Shown one piece after another: positions 23,282 through 37,682 of a stretch of 64,000 nt of DNA; position 1 is the stretch's first letter; each line of letters begins with the position of its first letter. The notes beneath the pieces were generated by a model that had not been told where the DNA came from, made no database searches, and saw nothing but the letters and a program-made list of their open reading frames with translations. A program made the translations under genes and the position numbers. The stretch covers positions 15,438,001 through 15,502,000 of the forward strand of contig CM060733.1 of assembly GCA_030704615.1 (NCBI GenBank), in the 5' to 3' direction. Source of the stretch: Takakia lepidozioides (taxonomy: Eukaryota > Plantae > Bryophyta).

Positions 23282-26200
23282 TCAATGGTCCTCTGGATCC
23301 ATATTCAGAAGAGTGTATACCTCTTGGGGGCTCAACCCTGGTGCATGTATGAAGTGATGAGTTGTGGAATAACACCGGAGTCTCTTTAGGTACACGTAGT
23401 ATAGATGCTTGCAAGGGCAATATGATGCCCCCTTGTTTGTCATGATCTGGAAGTCGGTGCAATTGTAAGTGGATAATTTTGAAATGGTGATGGTGTACAC
23501 CTCATTGCGGACAGCTAAGCCTGTCGTGGCCATCTGATACACACGCCCAAAGCCTGGTGAGGGCACTTCTGTTGAGCTCTAGATTGTACAATTCATCCGA
23601 AGTGCATTCCATATCCTTGTCTTGTTCACTTTTGAGGGAGGTCGCCGCCTCTTCAGTTTCTCCCAACGGTGTGTAGGATGCTTAGAGTTGTCGCATCCCA
23701 TTGTTCTTGCACTCACAGGGGTCGGTGGTGGAGGCTGTGGAAGCGGAAATGGTTGTCTGGGGACATTAGTGCGCTGCACCATCCGAAATCATGTGGTAGT
23801 AAGGGCGTCGGCCTCAACCTGACTCATATCGCATCCTGGTTCCATCGGCCACACCGGGGGAGCCTCTGGCATTGTTTGTATGTTGTACTTGGGCTTTCCA
23901 TATACGCAAGTCATAATGTCATGCTTGCAGAACCAGAGCTGGGTAGTTGTCGCCTCCAAAAATTTTGCATGGACAAAACTTCCTGTAAAAGTAGGAGCAG
24001 AGACAGCCCCATCTGGATTCCTCCTTATCATCTCTAAACAACGTTGCCGTGTATCCACTTGAATTGCGGAACACCTGCCTCGAAATGTCGGCCTTGTGCG
24101 AGCAATTCTCCAATGTGACACATACACAGTCGTCTCCACAATGGCTTGGCCATATTGCATAACAACGGGCGGAATGTGGCGCAAGCGAGCAATGGGAATT
24201 TCTTACACGGAATCACCACTTGAAGGCGGTAGCGATCTGGAAACTCTTGGGCTTCCATTGTTGGAAGACACATTATGCGGCAATATGACGAGACCTCGAG
24301 GTGCTGTCCGAATGTTCCTGTCGGATCTCCAGGAATCATCTTCGCAACCCGGTTCCTCTTCAATCCTTCGCCTTACAGGGCGAGTACGGACTCCTCCTCT
24401 AGGTGTTCACCTCTGCGGTGTAGAGGCGTCCATTTGATCTTCTCTCACAATGTTGTCGTCCATTTCAGTGGATTCTTCGACCTCGAAGCTGTTCGTACCA
24501 ACAATTCATCCCTATCCGGCTGAAAGCCCCATTGTTTCCCGCTCAGGAACTTGTAGTACTTGGTTTGCTGCATGATTGCTCTGTCGATGTCCTCCGTCGT
24601 GGCCATCACTACGTCCACCAGATGTGTGGCAGAAGACGCTCACCAGGAGGAATGAACTGATTCTGCCATTTTTGTGTTCGGCATGTCCGTATCGGAATCG
24701 AGGCATCGCTCCTACAAGGACAGAAACAATGGTGAGGGAAAAATGGAAAGGTCCGTAATAGAATGACACCATCTAGAAAAGTCTGGCGTCATACCTCCCA
24801 CATGTACTGTCCGAACTGTCGATACTGGAAATGCCACCACCCCAACCAGCTGTGCAAGGCTCCCAGATTGGTTGTCTCCACTGCGTCTGACGTGTTCCAC
24901 CAAGCCTCGATGATATCAAACTTAACCTCAACGTCATCAAATGTGGGTGCATCCTTCCACGCCGTACAAAAGATATGGTGTTCAACTTGTAATGAGCTAG
25001 CAACAAATTTGGCAGTGTAGTGAGATAAATTCTGCATCCAATGGAATCCACATGATCTCTCTTTTTCCTCCATTGGAACATTGGGGTCCTCACCATACAC
25101 ACGCCGCACCGCTACCCAGTTGGCCTGAGAATTGTCTGCCATGAATCCCCTGAAATTGGGCTCTGGCAAACCCACCCTTTGTCATTTGCTCATTTATGCC
25201 CTCCCACAGATGCATCTCCGACTGTGTGTCCTCCCCTTTCATCTCGCAGATTGCAATCATCATGAGCCTCTTGGAGTGATAGTCATAAACATGCGCACCC
25301 ATGGTCACCCACTGATGGTTTGTAATTTGCTTGATGTGGTCAAACATCACCCAAGCATTCGACAAGTTTTCAGTTGTCATGCGAGTGACCAGGTTGACTC
25401 ACTCCCAGGCCCACATGTTGACATTTTAAAAATGTAACAACGATCATATTCACTGCCTTGCCTTAGAAACCTGCTACCTTGGATGTAGTAATATCCAGTC
25501 CTTCGTTTCACCTCCAGGATTGAGTGCATGTCCGACCCCCGGCCGAACTTCTGCTTGCAAGATACGATGTGATTCTGCACATTCGGACTACAAACATGCG
25601 AGACGGACTCCAACAGATCAAGCTTCTCCTCTTCGTTCAAGGGCACTCGGTCTGAACCATCTTTAGACATGATTTTGCCAAGAGCAATCTTGTGGGCTGC
25701 CTTGAGCTGAATCTACTTTGGTCTGGCTCCAGGGCTCAATTTCACCTTCTCTTTTATGATGTCGTGTGCTTCCTGCACAGCCTCCCGGATGTTACCTCTC
25801 GCCAAGGGGTGGCAGTGGACCCTGACGTGTATGCGAGCTCTAGTCAAGTCCGGGAGCAAATGGATTACATAATATTGCTTAGCTCTGCACATAGACATGC
25901 ACGTCAGTGGTTCTTTGCAATGTGCGCACTTGAAAATACCCGATGGAGCTTGGCTGGAGACAATGAATGGATGATAGGTTGTGCCAGTCCAATCCGTCTC
26001 GTTTCTCCGCCCTCCTTTGGAGAGAAAGTGGAAGCATGTGGGATTAACTTCCTCGCACAGAGGACATATCGTACCCGAACACCATCAGCAATTTTCGTGC
26101 TACTGGTCTTCGTCACACACCAGGGGTATCCGTCATGCTTTCGATCCATGTTTGTTAACATCCATGAGGCTTTGTTTAACAAAGTAACAGGTGGAAACTC

Positions 26201-26300
26201 GAAGATCACATTACCATCGACTTCGGGAGACTTCGGGAGGCAGATACGTTACCTTCCTGACTGGAAATTTGGCATAGTCGAGAGCAGTCAGTTCGGAGCG
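23282..26300 (-). mobile_element. Decayed Mutator-like (MULE) transposase with GCM-like N-terminal region, DDE core, Cys-containing domain and C-terminal SWIM finger
   Basis: MDRKHDGYPW (25904-26209); WVMFDH...MIAICEMKGED (25090-25380); FRGFMADNSQANWVAVRRVYG...CGFHW (24789-25175); HWRIAR...LWFCKHDIMTCVYG (23789-24184); NCTDF...CPCKHLYYV SWIM (23282-23566). Multiple frameshifts. Confidence 0.75.
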
Positions 26301-27522
26301 AAAACCATCGAGATGATGTTGCCGTAGGAGCTGCACAATGGACCAGGTTGGAGTTATGTTCGAAGGTATATGCGTAGCACCTGCAGAAACGTTGTCGGAT
26401 TTGACAACCGTGTGGAGGACATGGGGACCTCAATGCACTCATCTTCCTCGTCGGAAATGTCGAATACCTCCACACGAGAAGCTATAGAGCGTCTTGACGG
26501 TCCAAGTCGGGAATGACTATCGTTGCATGCCTCTCTGTCGGCAATGGCTGCCTGTCGGTTTTCCGACTTCTATGTGGATGGTGTGTGGAACGACTGATGC
26601 GGAAAGGGAATGGACATTTCCATAGCTTGGTACAAGATGGTGTCTGATGGGGGTATGTGCCACTCGATTTCGCAACCTCCGTCATTACCTAGCAGACAAC
26701 AATTTCATCAACCAGTCCAGGAACATCATTCCTTTCTTCTTCCTAATAAACCTTTCTTCTTCCTAATAAACCGTGCCCGGTTAGAGATTGAATTTGGAAC
26801 AAAGGTAAGTTTCAGTGACTTTGCAAAGTCCTCCCTCGTTTCGGATCTTCACTCTCCCAAGTTGCGGAGAACAACAAACTATAGCGAACGAATGGGGAGC
26901 AATCTAACACCATCGAATCTGGCAAGTGCGAGGTTCACTACAGCGATAGACCAAAGGTCAGAGGCTCGCATGCACCAAGTGATTCCAAATATAACTTGGC
27001 ACTTACTGTACATTCAAATAACTCTAGCCTTCAGGTAGATGTAGTATAACCCACTCTAAAGAGGTAACAAATGCCTGCCCAACTTGGTACATTAATGAGC
27101 TATTAATGACTTCATAAACATGCCACATCATCATACATACATATAATGCAAATATACTCCACTCGAGTATGCACTTTGTACAGAGGCGTCATAAATTCAA
27201 ACAATGAATTGATCCTACATTTATGGCAAAAAGCTGGCGGTAGAAAGGCAATACTCAAGCAACACTGCTTACAATGAATAGCGATACAAACAATCGATTG
27301 CGTTTGAATGTATACAAAACATTACTCTAGATCACGTTCTTTCCGTTTTGGAGAAAAAATCAGACTGAGCTGGTAATCGAATCCTCATCAATTGCACAAC
27401 GATTCAATGTGCTCGAATGCGCGGTAAAACAAGTCACAAAACATCGGATCTGTTCACGATGGATCCCGATCCCTGGGGCTTGAGGATATATAATTGCAGA
27501 CTATAGTGTTGATTGTTGGAAG

Positions 27523-29672
27523 TTACATTGCAGCGAGCTGCTTGACGTTCATGGGATAGACATCATTGATATCCCCTTCATAAAATCTACGAGCAATGAT
27601 GACGTTGGCAGCATCAGTGGGGTGGTATGGATCCCAGAAGACGTAATCCGCGTGGTTAGAGCACAAGTTGGTTTCTGGCAGGCAAGGGAGGAGGCCATTG
27701 TAAGGTCCAAGTCCACAGCACCCCATGCTGCCGTAGTGGAAACCTGCACACAGTCGATGTTCCAGATTTACGTGTAAGATTATTTTCCTCACAACATTGC
27801 AGTAAACTTCCAGTTTGATTCTGAACATGCAGCAGGAGATCGAAGAGAAGGCTGATTTAGTTCCAGGGGTTCCAACAGATCTGAAATCGAATCAGCTCAT
27901 TTTCCTCACAACATTGTGATTCAACTTCCACTTACAGTCAGGCTGGACATGCAGAGGATCCAAGAGAAGGCTGATTTAGTTGAAAAGGTCCCCAGGGATC
28001 TAAATCGAAACAGCTCTAATTAGGAGAACACGCATAAGAGATTGGCGTAGCACCCACCAAAGGCAAGATGGTTGCTGATGATGTCCGCCACGACGCCGTA
28101 GGCGTTGAGGTACACAAAATGAGAACCGGGAAGGTTGGCAGTCAGTTCACCCAAGAGCGCCCTCAATTGAAAGTTATAAGTTTGGACTTGCTCATTCACT
28201 ACTTCATCGCACTCCCCGTTAAGTCGAAGCCTGAAGGTGAGCTGAAAGGGGGTGCATCCCAACGGGCCCAAGGCAGCAACCGCAAATTTACGACCTCCTA
28301 GATTATATATACTCTGCAGAAAACGAGTTCAGTGAGTTTAGAAACGAAGAATGTGTGAAGCAACCTAGTCCGTCTGATGACTGAAGCATGAAGGAGTGTC
28401 CTAGAAACCCACATTGGCAAGCACTGCACCTCAACGTGTACGCACCGTGAGCTGAGTGCGGAAAGTTGAGACGACGAGGTTCGTGAATTGCGGGACTGTC
28501 AAGTTGGTAATCGGTGAGAGCGGTATGTAGTAGTTGTTCAGAAAGTCATTTGAGCCTATATTGATTGCGATGATAGACCGTGCTACTAGTTGAGATGCTG
28601 CCGGCTCTCCAATAAGCTGGGTAATTTGAGCCCTGGTGTTCGTGAAATACTCCACCTGTTTGTTCATAGATAAACGCCCTATCTGTACCATCCAACCCTC
28701 GACTGAGTTTGAGAAAGTTTCCACATGCTAAATCGATGCTGTGTACAGCATGAATTACAACTGTGAAAGCAGAAAAACCTTCTACTCAATGCAGGAGCAC
28801 CTATCAATTCTGAGGCGGGAATAAGATGCAGCGTAACTCACTAGAGCGAAACCCGAGCTGTCCAGAATTCCACCAGCGCCAGATGCATAGTTGACACCAC
28901 CGAGTATTATTGGTCCTTTCGTAGAAGGTGCCAGGTACGGTGGTAGAAAATTGGGAAGACCAAGTAGTTGCCCTGCAGATTTATTCGGAACCCAACCCCT
29001 GTATGAATCCAAACCTATCGTGGACGATCTCATCTGCAATAGGGAAATGCAGGAATAGGCTTTGTGCGGCTCAGGGCAACTTCGTAGGGCGAAGGCAAGG
29101 ACGTTTAAATGACTAACCATTGCCCTTTATGGTCCAGGACAGAAAGGCAAGCTCTCAGATTCAGTCTAGTGAAACGTGGAAATGGCATGAGACAGAATTT
29201 TAAGCAAAATATTTGTGCTGCAAATCACAATGTAGCATCCTCGCCATTTCCACGCAATGTGCATCAGTTTAAGGTTTCCATCCAATCCTCAAGTCCATTT
29301 GGTATCAGTACATATATAATACGGCAAGTTGGAAAGTCTACAATGTACCTACAAGAAATGAACAAGAGATGAACCTATCTCCTTTTGAGCTGGTGAGAAG
29401 ATTGCAAGAGCCATACCAACAACATCAAGAGATGTTCGTCCGTTGGTGAAGCGTCCGGTTGGACCGAAAGGAAAATCAAGACCATTGGGCAGGAAATTAG
29501 CTTTCGAAAGTGAGGTGATGTAGTTATTATTGCCAGGGTCTCCAAGCGAGTCACCGAACGAAAACACTGCTGGAACCTGCTGCGGGATGGCCTCCACGGT
29601 GGAGCAGAGAAGCCAACAACAGAGCAGGCAAGACACGGTCCCTATCACAAACCCGAACTTCCTCGCCTCCAT
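27523..29672 (-). CDS. GDSL esterase/lipase, 5 exons (29672-29417, 28972-28842, 28682-28446, 28313-28058, 27743-27523)
   Basis: Signal peptide; FSFGDSLGDPGNN; PTGRFTNG; GVNYASGAGG; IGSNDF; GPLGCTP; WDPYHPT catalytic DxxH. All introns are GT-AG and in phase. Confidence 0.96.
27780..28016. repeat. Diverged ~118-bp tandem duplication in GDSL intron 4
   Basis: TTTTCCTCACAACATTG...GAGAAGGCTGATTTAGTT...AAATCGAA.CAGCTC occurs twice. Confidence 0.7.
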
Positions 29673-32600
29673 CCCACAAAACACTGCATCCCATACAGAC
29701 AATGAGTACGATCAGAAGACCACTCTGCCGTCCTCCTGGTCAGAAATAATCCTGTCGAAGCACTCGTTGTAGCATGTTGACTCGGCACATACAGAGATTG
29801 CTAGCTGCAAACTAGCTATTGCGCGCCTAGATTTAGCTGAGTTATAAAAGTGCAAACAAAAAAGAATTGGCGAGTCACCATCCCAGAATCTCAAACAAGC
29901 GCAAAGCATGTGCATTGGAGCGATCGCAGCCGAAGAGACCACTTCTCTTCTGTACAGGCCCGCATTGTAAGTGGCTCCACAAAGTGCTTGGTCCAGCTTC
30001 TCAGTTGCTTTGGAGGACGGAACCTCCAATAGAGCTGAGGAGTGGAACTAACTACTAACCACCCTCTGCCTTGTAAGAAAGTTTGCAAGCCCTGAACATT
30101 GTACGTTACTGAAATGCACTGAGCTCTCGCTCATTCAGCGGTACCGCCCAAACAACTAGGGAGCCTTAGTTCTTACCAAGTGTAAGCATTGTGAAGTGGC
30201 GCTCTAGTGCAACTGCCAAGTATCAGCAGCTTGCACGACCCCGGGCCTTCCTCGGCTCCAGTCACACAGCACCTAAAAGCAGGCTGGTCCTGCACTGAGT
30301 AAGGCTACTCCGGGCCCGTCGTTGTATTCCGACATACTCCCAACCTGCAGTTCACTGCATGCGAGACATAGCAGGCCTCGCCAGGATTTCGCGTGTAGAG
30401 AGCTGCTACGAGCAGGAAGAACTACGGAAGTCGTATGGCCAGTAGATAGTAAACGTGTCTGGGTTGCAAGTTGCTAACGCCTGCAGAGGAGGCAACACCC
30501 GTACCAAATCCTCACTTCAAAAAGCTGGCGAGCAGCTACTTGCCGGATGGCATCAGCTTACTTGGTGGATATCACAACACGGAGAAGAGTTAAGACGAAA
30601 AAGTTTCTTTGATTTGACAAGAAAGGCTGGATGATCTGACTCTCCCAGGAGACCACGATCAAGTGCAGGAAGATGAAGAGCAAGGTGAGGAAGCACGCTC
30701 AATTAATGGACAGGAAAGAAAGTGGGAGTATCACTACAGTGCATATGACTTCATAACAAGCCCAAGAAATGAGGTATTGGGTTCCAAACCTTCCTTGAAT
30801 GTTGTGCCGAAAACGAGGTAGACTTTCGTACTGTTGCTCTGCAGAAATTCATTACTGGCAGGTCCGAGAGTAGTTATGAGGGGCACCTCTCCATTAACGC
30901 TAGCAAAGCTGGAGACCTGGAGGGCTCAGAACCGGCTAGCCACCATGGATCCCAACTGAGCCGCAATCCAACAGTCACCAACGCAGGAGCAGCAAATGCT
31001 TGGCGGACTTCTTAACTGCTGCCACGGCATTCTTGTCTTTGCGAGAGCATAATCGCTGTCAAACTTCGGCCCCTCCTCCTCACACATGTGCTCCTAGTAG
31101 CCAATTTCCAAATTTGTAACAGGTTGTAAGTATTCATTAAATTTTGAGAATAACCACAGAAACACCTCCTCGTGTGATCATTCATAACTAGCTAACGAAC
31201 CCACTGTATCAAACCTGTGAGTAAAAATAATTTCGGAGCAATTTGGATAAGTAAGTTATACACGATGGGATCGGCCCTTCCATGCAAAAGGTAGCTATCC
31301 ATGGACTAGCCTAGTGTTTGAGACTCATGGGTTCCATGGATTTCTTGTCCTGCATAGGGAAAGACTACAATTAGCTCAGCAGTCTGCACGGCTCATTTCA
31401 ATCTCATTAAACTTGGCATGTGATACCATACCTGCATGACAGCGACGAAGCAGCTGCAGCTCAGAACTGCGACGTCAGCGTTCATAAAGATCAGCAGCCT
31501 GCAAGCCCTGCGTCTTGTAATTACCTACCCCTCTTCCATCCCGAAAGCTTCGTATCGTACCAACCTAACACAGCGAGGGACATTGATTTGAATTAAATTG
31601 AAGTGGGCACACACTGCACTCTGCATCAAATGCGCTTGGAGCTCTCTCACCAAACCTTGGGGACTGTTTTGCAAGTAAGTATTTGTTGGAGACTTGGAGT
31701 GCCACAACCCAGTTTCATCCTCTCACTAAGTTACTTTCCCCAAGCAACGCTTTTTTAGTTTATGACAAACTTACCCCCCCCCCTTGCTTATACCATCACT
31801 GATGAACTTCAGAAATGGATGATGAAATTTCAGTGTTAATGATAAGCCCCTAAGAGGTAACCTCTTTTTTTCCACAGTAGGCTGTAAGCCTGTAAAGCTA
31901 AACATAATAGTAAAGATCCATTGCATGACCTGGCAACCCTACTTCTTTTACTCAAAGCACTAGACCTTCACACATACAGCTAAGTTTCCTGCCTTAGGTA
32001 GTTAAAGTATAAGGAGAAGTCTTTGGACTTTATCTCACCGAAAGCTGAACTTTTTGCAGATTAGGGTTCCAAGCCCACTGGCATAAGAAGAAAAGAGGGA
32101 AATTAGTGTATTAAAGGCCCCCCAAAAAGGCAGTAAGAAGTCTTTCCCATGAGGGTTTTTATTACTATACCTGCAGGTAAGTACACGGTACCTAAGTCAA
32201 CGACATAACTTAGACGATAAATAAAGAATATTTCTCACTGAGAGCTTGGGTCAAGCCTGGCTCAGTTTAGTTTGCATTTATTTCCATAATACTATATATA
32301 TGGATTTAGTGACATAATTCTTCCCGCCAGTTTGAGCGTGTTGTACCTTCCCCAGGTAACACCTACAATCCATCCCTTGGTTGCAGGGATGAAGAAGCTG
32401 GTTTTACAAAAGGATGAAAAATTGAACTGAAATTTTTCAAGGTACTAAGCATTATTATTATTATTATTATAAGCATAATAAAAGTACATAATTTTGTAGA
32501 TTCTTAATTATTAGGCAGAGGCCCTGGATGCCACTTTATTACACCTTAGGTTATGTTTTGGGATTTTTTCTCAAGTTTGCTTATGAGCAGCTTCCTTTCT

Positions 32601-32749
32601 GTTTTGGGTAAAATAGGGGAGGAAGCACAGAGCTACATGCTACCTCTCTTACGTTTAGGAGGGTCAAAGGACAATGAGCTCTCGATTTCCCTTTCCTAAA
32701 ACTACGCATGTGCCTCCAATTGACCTCAGCTTTGTCGACCTCCAACGGT

Positions 32750-33230
32750 GATCGTCTGGCACTACCCGAGCTGCCAGCAGGCAGGGCAGGAGTCGTTCCA
32801 GTGAACTAGTGAGTCAAAAAAATTCGCTTGCAGAAGACACCCCCTTTTCTCCACGAACTGTAAAAGGTTGAGAGCAATTGGGCTCTCCTCATGTTTCCGT
32901 ATTTGGGAAGAGTTGTCACAACAACCACGATTTGCGAGCTTCAGACATTAAGTCTAAATGAGCCAAATGCAAGACCTTCTGCAAACAAGGTATCCCATTT
33001 TGGAAAATTACTGGGCACCTCATTTTCCAAATATGCCACAGAAAGATTCCTCTAAGAGATCCCCAGACTGGGCAAAAACAGAAGGTGTTTCCTTCCTCAA
33101 CATTCAGAAGCAGTGCCACAGTAGATAAGGACAAGTTAGCATTCCTTGTGCAGTAGAGGTGAGAGCCCATATTGCTGAAGCAACGGGACACAGCACCAGG
33201 CAATGCTCAATTGTTCCTGCATTCCACAAT
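32750..33230 (-). mobile_element. LINE (L1-like) ORF2 3' remnant
   Basis: ETIEH-like stretch (TIEHCL) and WGSLRGIFLWHIWKMRCPVIF, resembling the WxIWKxRN motif downstream of the L1 zinc finger. Confidence 0.55.
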
Positions 33231-35805
33231 CCCCAAAAACCCCAACAGTTTTGTAAAGGCAAAGATGGCTGGTTTTCATATCGAGATTCATGACATACAC
33301 CCTTCTTTTTTGGGAGCAAATTCGATAACCCTCCTCCTCACAAACGTTGAGAAGCTCCAGAGATGCTGTAGTGTCATTTTGGGGCATCCCAAGGCCGGCC
33401 AAGTCACTTTCAATTTTGCTACAAGCTAAATCCATGGAATCTAACTACAAAGCTGATGTGCAATTATTTTTTCCTCTCACTATTAAGGGGCCTGATTTGT
33501 GAGCTTCAACGCTCCCAGGTGTTTCCCTTTTCGAAGGGGGAAAAAAAAAAAGAAAAAAAGTTGGATTTCCAATCATTGGTCTTCAGATGAGTCATCTCTT
33601 ACACTGACTTAACCGCAGGTAAAAGTTAAGAATGTTACATCCCTTATCTATAAAGCTCCTCCGTCCCTCTTCTCTAAAATTTAAAATAAAATTTTAAAAA
33701 ACAATTGTGGTCCCATGGGCATTTAGGGGTTAGGTACTGTTAACCCTCTCCATTGATATCCTTTTGACTAGCATTTAGGGCTGTACCCGGGAACGAACAC
33801 AGTAAGTTTTAGTGGTGGTTGAATCCAGAAAGTGAAGGGACCGCACCACAAAACGTTGACGCGTCATCAAGAGCAGAGGAACAGTTCGGTTGCCAGCGCG
33901 GACTGCTGATTGGGATGGGGATCAGTGCAGGGTTGCAGGGCGGCCCCACCTTTGTATATATTCGCACGAGTTATTTTTCGTTACGAAGGAGCTACGTGCA
34001 TTTAATGTTCCCCGCTCCCCCATAATATCAAAGCCCAATGCCATCATACCCTCATCATGTGCCTATTTTGTAGAGTATTAGGAATGCAAATCGAGATTTT
34101 GTGTGTTTCCACGGGTAGCTTGGTTGGAGAAAGCTCTGCGTGTCACCCGGATTTGGACTCCATGATTTGACGATTGGCAGAACTAGCCAGTAAAGAACAT
34201 GTTCAAGGACAACATGGGAATTCAAATTGTGAGCAAATTCTAGAGGTAACATGGACTGGAGGGGATGTTGGGGGGAAACTTGAACCTTTTGGGTGAAAAT
34301 ACCAAATCAATTGTTTTCTTCAGTTTATTTGGGTCCATACCCATCATGCCCAAAATTTTCATGATGACAAACATGTATGCTCAAACTTTGAGGGGGAGAG
34401 GTTTTGACATCCTTTAACAGTGAAGGAATTGAGGGCTTGACTAGTTGTTTATATCCTAATGGGCCTAAAGACATTTTCTAACATGGACGGAAGTGGCAGC
34501 CATGCCCAATGAGTATAGGGCCTCTCTCCGTGAGGACGTGCGGCAAATGTGAGTGTTTCTCAGCTCTCTAATACACTCTCTTAAATATAATGTATTTGAT
34601 TCATTTGGGTGATTCTTTGGAGCAATTCTCATCTCTACATGATAGTTTCATTGGCATCTTGGTGCTTGAGGTTTTTGTTAGATGCCTCTGAAAATTGAGC
34701 AACATACTCTGAGTGAGAATTGAACCATTGGTCAAGTAGTCAACTTTGAAAATGATTGGTGGTGGGAGAAAGCGCCCTGACATAGAGAGGGGAGTGTGGG
34801 TTTCAGGTTCTATCATGCCTACAATAACTACATGCGCTTTGCATTTCCGGTAAAGACTACCCCTTGTAGCCCCACACATTATAATCACTTGAAGTGTTTT
34901 TGACATCTGCATTTTGGATTCAAGGAAGGCTCCTGTGATCACTCATAATTGGCTAAGTTGGAACACTTACCCCTAGTTGCAGCAAAGCAATTTGGGGTTG
35001 GGTTTCAGGTACTGCAGGTAAGATGAGCATTATCCTTCACTGTTGCAAAGTTACTCTCTAACTCCCCTCTGCAGTAACTATCCCCTTCAACTAAACAATG
35101 CTTGTTTGGCTGGGCAGCATAATGAGCTAAACCACTCTCACACACGTTTATGGACTTATGACTTATGAGCTGTCAATGGCATCTATGTCATTGTCATTGT
35201 CAAAACCAGACCTATGGGATATCCTAGTTGTCTAGAATTGGGAGAGAGGTGGTGCGAGAGACAGGTTGTAGTGGATGATGCACATTTTTGTAGGAAAAAT
35301 GTGGCCTTGGTAGCATATGCCAAACACACAGCGCCAAATTTATTGTTGTGTGGAGGAGGATATATATAAACCTAAAATACTTGTTTAAATCTAAACTAAG
35401 GCCCACTACTAGAGTGAGCCACTTCAACTTGGCATACTAAGGTAGATGACCCATAATGCACCCTTTAAGCAGTTTAGGGTGCTCTGAGTGGCAAATTTCG
35501 AGTTTGTTTTTGTCGTTTGATTAGGAAATGGAAACTACGGGGATTGCCAAAGTTTCAGGATTTTTTGACTTTGTATGTAATTTCTATGAATTTTTAAGGT
35601 GGAAAATGCAAAAATACCCACTTATGACCAGTAGCTCCTACCAAGTGTGAACAAAACTCATGCCAAAATGACCTCAAGATGGCGGTAACCCGGTAACCCG
35701 GATCATCTACACAATATGAACGGTTCGGGAAAGTTGTCAAAAGTGACTCAGTCACGTAACTGTCCACTCCCATGCAATAACAAATGACGGCTGTTTTTTA
35801 AATGT

Positions 35806-36071
35806 CTCTCATTTTACAATAATAGGGTCATGAACGCAAGCGTGCGAGAAGGATGGTGGCCCCTCGTCCGGAGGAGGGGCGCCCCACCCGCCCGCCGCTG
35901 CCGCCGCGGCTGCCCCTCATGGGCTTTGTCCACCGGCCTATCTGCTGGGGCGGGTCTGCTAGGGCTAGTCCGCTGCGGCAAGTCCGCTCCCTCTAGTCTG
36001 CATGTCCGCGTGTCCGCCCGCCCGCAAGATCTGGGCCGTCCACGACGAATCCCATCGCAGCCCTCCAATTT
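35806..36071 (+). repeat. GC-rich element head, copy 1 (direct repeat of 44584-44897)
   Basis: Both copies begin CTCTCATTTTACAATAATAGGGTCATGAACGCAAGCGTGCGAGAAGGA and end GAATCCCATCGCAGCCCTCCAATTT. Confidence 0.9.
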
Positions 36072-37682
36072 AGGCCTTATCTCGCCATTGCCATCAAGAT
36101 GTCGCTCTTTGTTGTACGCAACTGCGGTGCGTGCGGGCGGTAGTCATTGCCTGGTGTTCGTGTCTTTGTGTTTTCGTGACATTTCGTCATCATGTGGAAG
36201 GGCAGGAGAGGAGTCGGAGCCCTACAGCCACCATCGTGCATATGCTTCCACTATTTTCGTCATTTTTTTGTTGTTGGCGGGGCCATTTTTGCGATTTCAT
36301 TGTACATGTAATGCGTTTTGCCCACTTGGGTTGGTCTCTGTCCGGTCATCGCAAAATGGCCGATGTGTTGTTAGGGTTTATTCCAATGGGCCGAGCGATT
36401 ACAAGCCTGCCTAAAGATGACCTTAGTTTACATTTGGGAAATGGTGTCGTTCAATTTTATAATTATTCATGTTGAGGTAGCCGCATCTGTCCGTCAGATC
36501 ACCTCCTCAGTCTGGAACGGTAACCATGGGCAAGATGATAGCGAAAATCGCCGAAGCATATGCACATGAGGGCGTGTAAAAACATTGCAGATTCCATATC
36601 CAGCCATGAACTGTTATGTGTGTCGTGGGCAAAGTTATTGTCAGTCTGTCAATTGTGTCTGCCGGGCTGTGTTAGCCTGAGACTCGTGAACTATCTCACA
36701 TCTGCAGTATGGGTCTCCCTATAAAAAAGTCGGGTTCGACAGCCAATACTTGTCGGCGTGGATACCCATATGTCTGTTGCTTCGTTAGTCTTGCTTCGTT
36801 GGTGTGGTAATCGGAGCCTCTTCGGGAGGCTGTGTCCTCACATCAGCCTGGAATATGTTCGCGAGTCTATTGCGATATTAGTCTGTCCTGACAACGGTCT
36901 TGCGGCGTCTATGTACGCTGGTCTGTTGTGAGAAACTGTGAAACCATTGTGCCGCATCGAAAATTTGGCGTTACACCCTTCCGTCTGCTAGTCTGTTGTC
37001 CTGCCAGTCTTTTCAGCTAGTCTGTTGTCTCTGTCGCACCGTCAGTCTAGTCTGCCTGCAGCTTGTTACAGAGGGCGACGAAACAATGACCATGTTGACC
37101 TGCCTGTCTGTCGACCTGCCAGTTTGTCTGTTTTGTATAGTCTGTTTCGTCGTCAGCCTGTTGTAGTCGGGTGGACCTGCTTAGTGGATTACGTGTTGGT
37201 ATGCTCAAATCGGTCTGCTGATTCTAGTCTGTTTGACTTTGTCTGCTATTCACTCGGTCTGCTGTGCACTGGGTAGACCTAGTAAATGCAACGGTGGCGA
37301 TGGCAGCGTCAATCATGGTGCGCCACGTCGTGCCATGGGTGTACTGCATTTCCGCTCCCGGGTCAACTTCAACTTCAACTTCGCCTTCCCGCCGATGCTG
37401 TGGTCCGCTTTTATGTCAACGTCTGTCTTATTTGCGCAGACTTCTTTCCGCGCGCAGATTTGGAGAGTCATCTTAGACCCCAACAGTCGCCAAGACCGTT
37501 GCTCCCGTAGGCCGTTGTGTTCCTCGTTTTCTGCTGTGTACTTGTAGTTTTCTCACTTCTCTGTCTATCCTCGTATGTAGTGCTCGTTCTCGCCGGTTCT
37601 CGCACTTTCTGGACTCCTCCATCTTTGCAACCCTTTTTGTTGGGCCCTCTGCCTTTCTCTGTTGTGTTGTGTTGTATAGGCG

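Noticed and set aside
30000-31700. Possible decayed coding or LINE sequence upstream of the GDSL gene
   Set aside because: No diagnostic motif that I could support.
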